Assembly (NCBI GenBank): GCA_905331295.1 | Contig: CAJNYD010000423.1 | Span: forward strand, 124,001-188,000 | Direction: 5' to 3' | Length of the DNA stretch: 64,000 nt | Source of the DNA: Rotaria socialis | Lineage: Eukaryota | Shown: piece after piece, positions 52,601 to 64,000 of the stretch | Layout: each line of letters starts with the position of its first letter | How positions within the stretch are numbered: position 1 is the first letter of the stretch | Made by a program: the position numbers and the translations under genes | Notes under the pieces: generated by a model | The model's database searches: none | What the model was told of the DNA's origin: nothing | The model's input: the letters and a program-made list of their open reading frames with translations, nothing else

Positions 52601-52880
52601 TCCATAAAAATCAACCTAAACATAGATTTCCCAAGTGAAAATGATGCAATAATATTCTATTGTGCTTTTTTTTATTATAAGTTAAAGAAAAATAAAACAT
52701 GAATGATAGATCGTAAGACATGAAAATACTTACTGGCTTGTTAGAATATCGTTCGGGTAGATCACATATAAGTGTTGTTGTTTCACCCGTATTTACAGAT
52801 AATTTTTCCAAATAATCATCAAATGTTACGATGGCCGATGAAAATAATAGAAGAATAAATATAATTACAGTTAAAACCAT
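49662..52880 (-). CDS. Three-Ig-domain cell-adhesion protein (lachesin/IgLON/DIP-like), ~9 exons; 3' end uncertain
   Basis: Signal peptide. Ig1 GETTTLICD...WSLILSDVSEEDAGEYTC; Ig2 PPKI...LKCLTRGVPQPKIHW...YQCIADNGIPP; Ig3 PPEV...LNCTI...W...FGMYECEAENQF. Candidate hydrophobic last exon ~49778-49662. Confidence 0.85.
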
Positions 52881-55800
52881 ATGTATTTTTTGTTTTTTAA
52901 CATGAACACCTTCTCATATCTAGACAAAAAAAAAAGAATAATCTTCTATCTAAATGTCTCCAGCAGCATCATTCGTTCATTCTTTTTTTCTTCTTCTTTT
53001 GCTCTCTTTTCTCTCTTTCTCACTCTCCTTTTTGTCCATACACATAATTATATATATATATATATGCGTGTGTGTGTGAGAGAGCGTGTGTGTTCATTTT
53101 GGATTTAGTATGTGCGTGCGTGCATAGGTTAATAGAGAGAGAGAGCATGACTGATTATCAATGCTTACTTGCAAAGATGTTGAAGAGAGAAAGATTGAAT
53201 AGGAAATTATAGGCCTTGAACAAATTGAAAAAGAAATCATCTTACTGGAACACTAAACAGCATGCATGCGCATAAACACAAATCCTTCGGCTTTCGACAT
53301 ATTTATTTCATTAGAATCTTTTTTCTGATGTGTCTTCTATTTTTATAGTCAATGAGACTGCTCAAGGTCGGAAGAAGCCTTTTGTTTTTTCATTATATGC
53401 TCAAAAACTAATTGGAAAAAAACCGATGATAACTATTGTTGACAAGGTCGTCGGTCTGTTGATGGATGAATAATGCCTGGTTAGGAAAACAGTCAAAAAT
53501 ATAGAAAATACACACATAAATATAATAATATTTTGACGAAAAATTCTTTTCTTCGTATGTCTAAATGATTATGCCCAAGTTAAATATATATAATATCTAT
53601 TTTGAGGAGGCCTTCTTTTTTTGTCTATAGTAGAAAAAAGAGGAAGTGCAGAGCCGGAAGAAGACAAAAAAATGAAAGAAAGGATTTACTTAGGACATAA
53701 GTGGAGAATGACAACCGTGCAATAAGTAGCAATGGTCTACTATTTCAAAATGCTGTATGTGTGTAGTAGACTAATGATAGCGATAAATCTATTAATTGAA
53801 ATACTAGAAAGAAATAGCAGTGATATAAATTTCAAGTGTCAAAGAAAAGCTGAACAAAGAAACGAATGATCGAAATATATTGTATGGTTGACTGTTATCA
53901 TCGATAAATAAAATAATATATATATATAAATATATATGGATCAATGATGTAGTTGATTACTCAATCGACTAGTATTTTATTTTGTCTAATTTCATGTATA
54001 TATGTATGTATGAGAGACAAAGCACAGATGGAATAGATGAGAGACAACATGCAATCGTTCTCTAGCCGATGATGAGGAAAGAAGAAAAGATACAATAGAT
54101 GACAATTGATTCTTGACATGAGCTTTATATTTGTTTATAGATATATATATGCATACATACATAGTTTGTCTACATTGACCTAATTTTTTAATGCATACTC
54201 AAACGATGTTTTACAACATAGAAAACGAGCAAGTACGTACGATTGATTATATCTTCTCCGTAATCATTCTAATCAATCTAAGACAGTCGAAAATTTTTGC
54301 GAAGAAACGAAAGGAACAAAGTGACAGTATCCAATGGCAATACAATGTATGTATGTATGCACATAGACATGATTAAAATTGTTTTGTTCAAGAAAAAATT
54401 GGAAAGTATTATCTATTCTATTGTTATTGTTATTTAATGAATGTATTCAAGAGAAAAAACAATTGTATTATGAACTTATGCTTTTCTATTCGCAATATAG
54501 CATATGTCAATTTAAATATCGATAACAAGAACATGTTTTGTTTTACCATCTGTTTACTTAAATATTCATCGACGTGTCGTAGAATTATTAGTGATTGAAG
54601 ATCAGACATATTGTTGTTGTCCAATTTAATGATTCATTTTTAGTGAAAATTTCAATTCAAGATTAAGCTTTTTAACATATCCCGATCGCGAGTCAACATA
54701 TGATGTCATTGTTACTCGATAAATGAAAGAAAAGCTTTGGTATTGTTTTATCATTCACATGAAATTCTTTTCAAATGAATGCTTATATATTATAGAAATA
54801 TCTCAGCGGAAAGCGTTTTATTTCACTCAAGAGAAATATAGATATACACGTAGATCGTATTACGTAAAGAAAGTATGAAAAGTGAACATTGTATAGAGCA
54901 AAGATTTATTTATTTTTATGTGCTCAAAAACGCTTTTGTTACGATAAAATCAATAACTTCTATTCGTTAATCTTAGTTTAAAATGAGAGTATTTGATTTA
55001 CCGATAACTATTTGAAGATGAATAAATAATATTTTTGAGAATACGCTGTGTTCTTCGACAGTAAAGAGATTGGCATCTCTCGTCAAAATTCTATAAGTAT
55101 GAAAAAAAAAGGCCAGTCTTGATTACTGGTCAAAATGCGATATCTTCATGTCATTCTCTTATTATCATTTCATCTGATTGTCGTGAATTTACCATAATGG
55201 AAATAATTCTTAGTAGATTTTACCAAAAGTTAGCCATATTGTTATGTATTTTTCAAAGCATATCAATTCGTTTCTTGATAAAGTGTGATCATATGCTAAA
55301 CTATTATCGAATTTAGTTTGATACCACTAAATATTAATAATAATTTAACAAATTATACTTCTATTCTTTGAGCAGTGTTGAACTTTGTCGATATTTACGA
55401 TTTCAATTTTGTACATAGTGAATTTTACGGTAGTATCGTACTACTAGGACAGATAAAAATGGTCAAGTATTAGAAAAATAAAATAAATATTTTCTATCTA
55501 TGTAATTTAAATCAAACGAGTGTAAAGCATACGAACAACAACACCGGTGACAGAGTAAAAAATTGAACAGCTAAATGTTTTCTAATAGCTTGTGTAATAT
55601 CCATTCTTATGTTTGAGAAATTTATACTGATTTTTGTTATTATCTGGCATTAGTAAAAAAAACTATCAATTTTCTAACTGAATTTAATATTTAAATCAGG
55701 TACTTTCTTTTAACACCGCGTTTGTTTATGATTATTTCGATTTTCTACTATACTTCTACTTATCTACTAGAATAATACTTATTTTTTTATTTTTTCTCAT

Positions 55801-56429
55801 TTGACTAAATACGTATGCATTTCACATTGGGGAATAATTGAAAAATAAAAATCATGAATATGCAAACAAATATTTAACTGCTCTTTGTTTACTGTGCTCT
55901 CTAAAAGCAAGCAAATATTTTAATAAAACTAATTCTACAAGAAAAAAAATCATTCTGTTCTTTGATGATAGAAATAAAATGAACCTCACTGATCTGATAA
56001 ACGAATTTTAAATGATATTGGAGAGAAAAAGCTAACGATACACTTTACTTTGTATGAGATTTCCATAGCGTTTCATCCTTTTTCATATAAAATTGAGATT
56101 CAAGCTCGATTCGCTATAATTTTGATATTTACATAATGTACTGTAAGCTATTTAAGATTTCTAGATTGCTTGATGCTCTGAAAAACAGATTCTTATCAGT
56201 TAGTTTAATCTTTGCATTCCTTCCAACAGAGTAAATATACGTGTAGGATTAATAGAATCGACTTCAATATTAAATCATTGAATTTAACATGAGATAGACC
56301 TATTTTAAGTATTATTCTGATATTGATTGCAAGTGTAACTTTTAAAATCACAATGATTTCATTTTATTTCTTATAACAAACAATCCAAAAACAATATTAA
56401 ACGAATATGGAGTTTTTTCTTCTTTTATT

Positions 56430-59400
56430 CTATGACCGTTTTTTTCTATTGTTGGTTTTTGCTCCTTTTTGTTGTTTATGTCCTTTTCGGTTGGATTGTT
56501 TATTTTTATTGGCTTTGCCTCGGCTTTTAGCTGCTCGTTTATCTTTTTTCAAGCGTTTGTCAACAACTTTATATGGTCCTTTTGCACCGGATGGACGAGC
56601 ACCTCCGCCTGTAGATTTTTTAGCAACAACATATTTAATGTCAGGTTTTTTCTGTCCAATGACACCATATTTTCGATACAAACTAAAACAAAGAAGAATA
56701 ATATATTTCCATGAAAAAAAGAAGTTAAATATGTAACATTACTCTTTAATTTGCTTGTTTCGTTCTTTATCATCTAAATCAGGATTTTCAAGTAATGGTT
56801 CAGCTTTCTTTTTGACTTTATCAAGTTTACGTAATTCCTTGAAAATAAGAAAATTTAATATTAATAGAAAAAAAGCATCAAGTAATAACGAGAAGCTTAC
56901 ACGTCGTTTCTTTCGTCCTTTAGCTTCAGCAACTTTTTTCGTTGGTCTCTGATCGATTTCTCTCATTTTAGCTTTGTATCTTTCTACAAGTTCTTTTGTT
57001 ACAGGTAAACTTGCTCGACAATGTTGTTTTTCTTCTTCAATAAACCATTTTGGTAAACCATCAATATCACCATAGCCCATAAAACTAAATATAAAATTTC
57101 TCAAATAAAAATATTTCTTTTTCACTGTATCATTTAATACCGATTATATGAATGATCAAGAACTTGTTCGCGATTTCTTCTCGATTGAGCTATAACATGA
57201 CCTAATGCTAAATCATCAGCATCAAGATGAATACGTTTCATAGCTAGAAAATATGCAAAACAAATAAATAAATACAATCAATTCAACAAATTAAGCAATT
57301 TGCAGAGTCACTAGGATGCTAAAATTTGGAATTCACACATATTCTTTAGTCTCATTAGATTTGAACAGTCTACTTTATTTCTGTATATTAATCCAAATTG
57401 TTTCCACTTTTTCTTAATTTTCAACGTCTCGAAAACACTTATATTCATATCTCGATCAGTACGGAGATTTTGATTCTTGTTTGAAGATAGAACTTTATTA
57501 TTTCATAGTTTTTATATTGATCGTCTGATGATCGTGCTGCTAATCATAGTTGTAGACATGCTGAATATAAATTATCATCTTCGTAAATAGAAAAAGTTAC
57601 ATTATTTAGAAATTTAGCAAACATCTGTCATATTTTCAATTTTCACGAATAGCTTCACTCCTGTTGCTTATGTCATTATATTACATTTTTAAAATCGGAA
57701 AGTAATTCATGGATAGAAGTTAATTATCTACTGTTCTCTTTTGATAGGGGAAAGTTTCTAATGATCATTGATTTTATCCTCTATCGGTTCTGTGACAATG
57801 GCAGTGGTGAAATCTCGATTTTAAAATTCACATTTTTTATACTTTTATTTAAGAAACTAATGGTGAGTTACACATAAAAAAAATAATAAATTTATAACAT
57901 ACGCTGGTCAATTGGTACTTCTTCAAATTCATTGTCATTCAATGGACGTTTAGATTTTTTAGGTTTAGCATCATCTTCAGATTCGCTGGAATCATTATCT
58001 AAAAATATATCAATTAAAGTCAGATTAGTTTCAGAAACTGAATAGAAACTTTACCTTTCTTCGTTTTGAGAATGCTTTTAGATGGTTTACCTAAACATAC
58101 AGGGGAAAAAATAGATTGAAAAACGGCTTCAGTTACTGATGAATGATTATTTTAAGTATTTGATCAGAACAAATATGACAGGAGATTTTAAAAATTGAAA
58201 ATTCAGTTAAAAATGAATAAGATACCATCAAGAACATATTTCACGTTGAAACAACGATGTTTTTTTTATAGTATAAAAATGCGTAAGATCAAATTTGAGG
58301 TCACTATCTAAATTCATCGTCAAGACATGGAAATTTTACTCTTGGTATTAATACGAGACAAATTTAAATAAGATTATTTAACTACACTAGATGACTAAAA
58401 TATCATTTGGATTAGTAATCTATCTAAGTATATTCAGTAAAAAAATCAGCATAAAACTTTTGATGAGAATGTAAAGAACTTTTCAAATCTAACATCTATG
58501 CATTCCTGATAAAAGGAAAAGGATGATCGCGGTCTAGTAGACGAAAGAAAAACTCAAGAATAGGAATAAATTTGGAAAGCAGAAAAATCGGATGAAAAAT
58601 GTGCTGCGATGTTGTTTTACCAAGAACAGGTACTCCATCTGAATGAAGTGCACTCAATTTCCGTTCAAGTTCAAATTCTTCATCATCATTATCTTCTTGT
58701 AATGTTTGTTTGAATATATCTTGTTCAAACCAAACATCAGCCACTGTTTTTGCTTTAGCTGATTTGGTTGAAGCATCAATAATATCCATATCAAGTGGAT
58801 TCTCTTCATCGTCTTCCCATTCATCATTGTTATAATCGTCGTTGTCAGACTCATTGTCATCGACATCACTAAAATTAGATCATGTTGTCTTTATAATTTT
58901 TTTCTATAAAGTTTATAAAGTTAAAAAACTTTTTTCTCTCCTGATGTAGATGATTTTTGATCAATAGTTGGTACATTTCGTAGCGTTTACGGCAGAACTA
59001 GCTCAACAGTAATCTACTGTTCAATTCATATTTGATCTCTAAGTTGGACTTGTTAAAATTAGAAAAGACTTACAAAGATTCGTAGTCAGCATAGGTTATT
59101 CGACCGATTTAGGTGTCAAATTCTATTATTGTCATTTCTCAGTAAAAACTGTCATGGGTTCGCTTTGTAGACTCATGAACACTAGGATTTTAAAGTATTT
59201 TACTAGTATGACAAAGACTTTTTAATGAAAACTTCCCTTGTATGAACTACAAACTGTTTCAACTAGTCCTCAAAATAAGATTTCCTATGAGGACCATGAG
59301 ATCACCTCTTAAATTTAACTAAAAGGTCATTAGATGGTAATCTTGACTTTCAATTTAATTTACCTATCGAGTTTCACTTGACGATGTTCAGAATCATAAG

Positions 59401-61784
59401 GCATTAGCTCATCTTCGTCATTTTCATCATCATCTTCCAGATATTGCTTATAAATATCAATGGACGATAAATCACCATTATTTTTATCTTTATCATAAGC
59501 AACTCGAGGTATTCGATTTTTATCTTGACCAAGATAAACATCATCATCATCACGAACAACTTGATCAATACCCAAATCCATATCAGGTATAGCAGATGAA
59601 ATTTCAAGTAATTGCTAAAACGAGATAATATATCGTGTTGAAATATTTTTGTTGTGCAATTTACAAAACAAACTAACTTTTCTTGTTTTGATTTTTTCAA
59701 GATCGAATAATCCTTGATCATTCTTTCCACCCTCAGCTGTTTCATGATCATGAATATCACCAGGTAATACCATTTTAAGTGCAAGACGATCACGTAACTT
59801 TCGTTTTTCTTTCATTATATGTTTACGTTTTCTAGAAAAGTTTTATGAATTTTAATTTTAATTTTAAATAAACATTCGAAATTTAACACACCTTTTAGCT
59901 TCTTTTCGCTGCTGTTCACTAAGTTTAAGTAATTGTTCTTCAATATCTTTATCCATATCGTCTTCTTCGTCATCCTTTTCACCTTCTCGGTCGTTTTCTG
60001 TTGTTTCAACTTTTTTTGTTTCATCAGGCTGTTGTTCAACAATAGGAAGAGCTTTTTTAAAAAGTGATGCAGCTAAATGACGACGCCAAGCAAGAATCAA
60101 ACTAAAGAGAAACAACAATTATTTTCATATGGATATTTCATAAATCAACGAACGTTATTTCTCGTCGACCAAGTACTTTAATATCTTTAATACATTCTTT
60201 GATTTCAGCTGTTGTTTGTGGATGTTCAAGTATTCGTTCATCATCAATAGTAATCTAAATAGAAAGAAAACTTCTTACTGGTATACCTGCTAGATTAAAA
60301 TATGAAACAAAATGTAGCTATTATTGTTGTCAGTTACATAGTAATTATTTTATGTAGTCTTTTGCTCACACACAATTCTTCACCGTCCTTCTATATAGTG
60401 CTTCAAAACTGTAATAAAGCAGTTTGCTCTTCTATTTCAAAGACGACTTAATTAATATATGATTACCACATCTATGAACGCTGGTAATATATATATACTC
60501 TGGATCCTTCAATGTTCCTTTCAAGTCCTATTTTATTATAATAAAAGTGAATTTCTCAATGAAATAATATGACTATGTCTTACTTCATTAGCCATAGCTA
60601 ATAATTCAAGAAAATTTTCAGTTTGAATAAATTTCGTTGCTTCCAATTTATGATATAAAGTATAATCTCCTTCTGGATAACCTTCTCGGCTTCTGAAATA
60701 AAAAATATAAATTTGATTTGATTTTAATTTCACCTAAAAAAATGAACAATAAAACAAACCGAATGAATTTTTCCGGATGTTTTAATCTTTGTTTAGCTTT
60801 AGTTTGTACATCAGTTATATCATTATCGATTTCAGTAAATACATGTTTATAATCGAGAAATTTTGGATCAATTTTGTCTGGTGCTAAATAACCATGACAA
60901 ATAACGAAAATTTCAGCTGATTCATTACGTGAAGCCTATTCATTAAAATAGAATCAACTAAAAAGAATTACAATTAAAAACAAAGATTATTTTAAACCTG
61001 AGGTTTAGTTGAATCAACACGTTTAAACATTTGTTGGAAAACCCATAATAATGAATAATAATCTTTGGAACGAAATAGTTTAGTAACAAATATGCCACCT
61101 TTACGTAAAAATTCCGTTGCTAATTTCAGTGCATTCAATGTTAAGACATCTACAAATAAAATAGTAATTTCTTAGATTTCAATAAGTAAAAACAAATAAA
61201 ATTTATACTTTGTTGATAAGCATCATGAATCCAACTTTTGCCAACATTAGGTGCACCATCATGAAGAATGACATCAGCTTTAAATGTTCCTAAGTCTTTT
61301 TTTAAAAGCTAAAAACGAGCAAAATAAATTATTAGATAGAACGATTTTAATTTTATTTACTTGTCGGCATTTTTCAGATGTGATATCTTCTTGATAAGTT
61401 ATTGTATGTGGAATCGGTTTTATTGGTGCTAAATCAACACCTGAAAAAACAAATGGCAATAGCATAGAAAAATATGATTTCTGTTTTCCTTTTCTGAAGA
61501 ATTTTACCGATAATTAAACTTGATACTGGCATGTGTTTTTCAGCAACTTGTAGCCAACCACCAGGCGCTGCACAGAGATCAATAAGAACACGAGCATTTT
61601 CAAGAATTCGATGTTCACGATTTAACTGCAGCAATTTGAATGCAGCACGAGATCGAAAACCTATTCAATTTTTGTATATTAAAATTAATTTTATTAAAAA
61701 ATTCAATGATTATATACCAGATTCTTTAGCTAAATGATAAAATTTATCTCGACGAAGTTTTCCTGTTTTAGCTTTTTTTCCCAT
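56430..61784 (-). CDS. FTSJ3: pre-rRNA 2'-O-ribose methyltransferase FTSJ3/Spb1, multi-exon
   Basis: [118 protein letters not shown]. Confidence 0.97.
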
Positions 61785-63085
61785 GTTTATCTAAAAATTT
61801 ACAACATAGAAAGTTTTTAGCTAATTAAAAGTAATTTTCATGTTGAAACATGAAGTATTTATTCAATCAATGAGTAACTTCAATGGTTCCTTGCAAATAT
61901 CACTAAAACTAATTATAGAGAATATGAGAAAAATATTTCAATTACGAATTATATTCTATACAATTTGTTATGTAGATCATTTAATAAATATGTATTCGAA
62001 GCTTTACATAGGAATCAAAAATATTATATCGATTTTTAATCATCTATGAATACTCTGAAAATAGTTCTGACTGTTTTGCTACTGATACGGAAATACTGCA
62101 AGATGATCAAGACTGATGTTCGATAGAAAAGAAATAATTTTCAAGGCAAAAGAAAAGTCTATTTTGAAAGTTAGGTTTTTCTTTTATAGATTTATCTCCA
62201 TAGATCGAAATTGCTAGTTTTTGGGAATAAAGTCAAAAATACAGTTTTACTATGACGATACATACAATAGAAGATTATATTGAATAACTCTAAAATATGT
62301 AAAAATAAACTCTTACATGATTTATCGACTAATTTCTATGCAGAAAAAACGTTCTAGGAATAGATATTTAGTGAGAAAACGCAACAAACGATATCTGTAG
62401 ATATTGAAAAGTGAAGAATGAATTATTTTAACAAAACATCTTTATCGTACAATATAGAGTAGAAAAAAAAATATGTCAGTTTTAATTAAACATCGTTCGT
62501 ATACAAAAATAGTCTGCATATTCAAATTGTTAAGACTGTCGTAATAACAAATTAGAGCTGCAATAAAAACGAATGAGAATAAGAAATTTTCTTTACAAAG
62601 AGAAACACAGAAAAAGACTAAAAATAGTTATTGAATTTTATTTAATAGTCCTTATAGAAGAGATATCAAATGGGTTCATTTGAATTTTTATTCTATTGAT
62701 TCGTAAACTAAGCTAAGTAATAGCTAGTAGTAATGTAATACAATTTTGCACTTAGATCAACCATTCAATAAGGAGAACAAATAAATAATTGTACGCGAAT
62801 GACATCTATATAAAATCAGTAAAATGAAAGTAAAATCATTTTTTTATATGTATTAGAAATTAATTTCTTTTTTTTTCTTTTTTGAAACTTTTCCATTAAT
62901 AATAATTTACTATATCCGCCATAGATTCGTCCAATGTCCTTCGATAGTTTATATCGTCATATAATAATTCACTTTCTCAAACACAATGTAATGCATTCTG
63001 TTCAGGGTCACGATCATGAATGCGTCTCTCACATGTATGCGCATTTTATTTCTAGATTTTTTGATTGCTATCGAACAACAAAAGA

Positions 63086-63556
63086 ATGAGTAAGGCAGGT
63101 GCCAATTTCGGAGGTACAGTTGGCTGGGATGAACAAACCGTTATTGGCAAACGTGCACCTCGGCCTGGTGAATTGAAAAGTGAATCAGCAATAGCTGCTG
63201 CTCAACGTGCTGGTATTGCGATTGATACTTCAAAAAAATATGCAGCTGGCAATAATAAACAACATGAAGCGGCTAAAAATACGGCAATTTTAGATCGCGA
63301 AACAGAGGAGTTACATCATGAAAGAGTTGATAAAGATGTTGCTCGGGTTATGCAACAGGCTCGTATTGCTAAAGAATGGACACAAGCTGATTTAGCAAGA
63401 CATATTAATGAAAAACAACAAGTTGTTAATGAATATGAACAATCAAAGGCGATTCCAAATCAACAGGTTTTAAGTAAAATGGAACGGGCTTTAGGTGTTA
63501 AATTACGAGGAAAAGATATCGGACAACCGCTTAGTACTGGACCCAAGAAGAAATAA
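63086..63556 (+). CDS. EDF1: Multiprotein bridging factor 1 / endothelial differentiation-related factor 1
   Basis: KKYAAGNNKQH, LDRETEELHH, HTH region WTQADLARHINEKQQVVNEYE, KMERALGVKLRGKDIG. Intronless CDS, divergent from FTSJ3. Confidence 0.96.
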   Translation: MSKAGANFGGTVGWDEQTVIGKRAPRPGELKSESAIAAAQRAGIAIDTSKKYAAGNNKQHEAAKNTAILDRETEELHHERVDKDVARVMQQARIAKEWTQADLARHINEKQQVVNEYEQSKAIPNQQVLSKMERALGVKLRGKDIGQPLSTGPKKK

Positions 63557-63947
63557 ATGATTGGAATTGAAAAAGAGTTTTTTTTCATTTACTTGATTTC
63601 TTATTATGTATATTTGTGCTTCACTTCTCTTTTTCAAAGTTATGCTATCATTTTCTGGTACTTTTTTCTTTTTATGGATTAAAAGTTAAAAGGAAAAATA
63701 ACATCGATTTGCAAAGGAACTCTCAGACTATTGTTGTTGAATGACTGCAGATGATTCCACGGTTGGAAATTTTTCATTTATAGACTTACTTAATTTTTGT
63801 AGATGTATCAATCTATTGGATTTCTTTAGTTGTACTTAATCATTCAACGAAACACTCAACATCAGGCACGATTTCCTTTTACATATATTGAAGTTCTTTA
63901 GTTATTATATTTGTTCTTTTAGTCTTTCTCTATTGAAAAAAAAACCT

Positions 63948-64000
63948 ATGGATCAAGCCGATGATTTAAAAGCATTTGAACGTCGTATGATCGAAATAGT
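63948..64000 (+). CDS. CNEP1R1: Start of nuclear envelope phosphatase regulatory subunit 1 (TMEM188/Spo7-like); truncated by the window edge
   Basis: MDQADDLKAFERRMIEI matches the conserved EQAEDLKAFERRLTE N-terminus as recalled. Only 17 codons are visible. Confidence 0.75.
   Translation, partial: MDQADDLKAFERRMIEI

Noticed and set aside
56407..56952. Plus-strand ORFs overlapping the FTSJ3 3' end
   Set aside because: Antisense shadows of Lys-rich coding sequence.

Overview
AT-rich eukaryotic (animal) genomic DNA with many short GT-AG introns of about 50-70 nt. Intron size, the GPCR style and bacterial/fungal-looking enzymes suggest a bdelloid rotifer, which is an inference. Genes recognised: a WAP/antistasin Cys-rich secreted protein, an intronless GDSL/SGNH esterase, a CNNM metal transporter, a Tctex-1 dynein light chain, a SERT-like SLC6 transporter with an altered binding pocket, an orphan class-A GPCR, two tandem crotonase-fold (enoyl-CoA isomerase-like) paralogues, a tachykinin-like neuropeptide precursor, a 3-Ig lachesin/IgLON-like protein, FTSJ3/SPB1, MBF1/EDF1, the start of CNEP1R1 and three unassigned genes. 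There are several non-autonomous DNA transposons. The most unusual signal is a pair of related tRNA-like Pol III cassettes (about 39.8 kb and 44.4 kb). They share a non-canonical CCGGT(T/A)A anticodon loop with different but paired stems and a common downstream motif, and one sits inside ~75-bp inverted repeats. Exon coordinates were derived by eye and no database searches were run.
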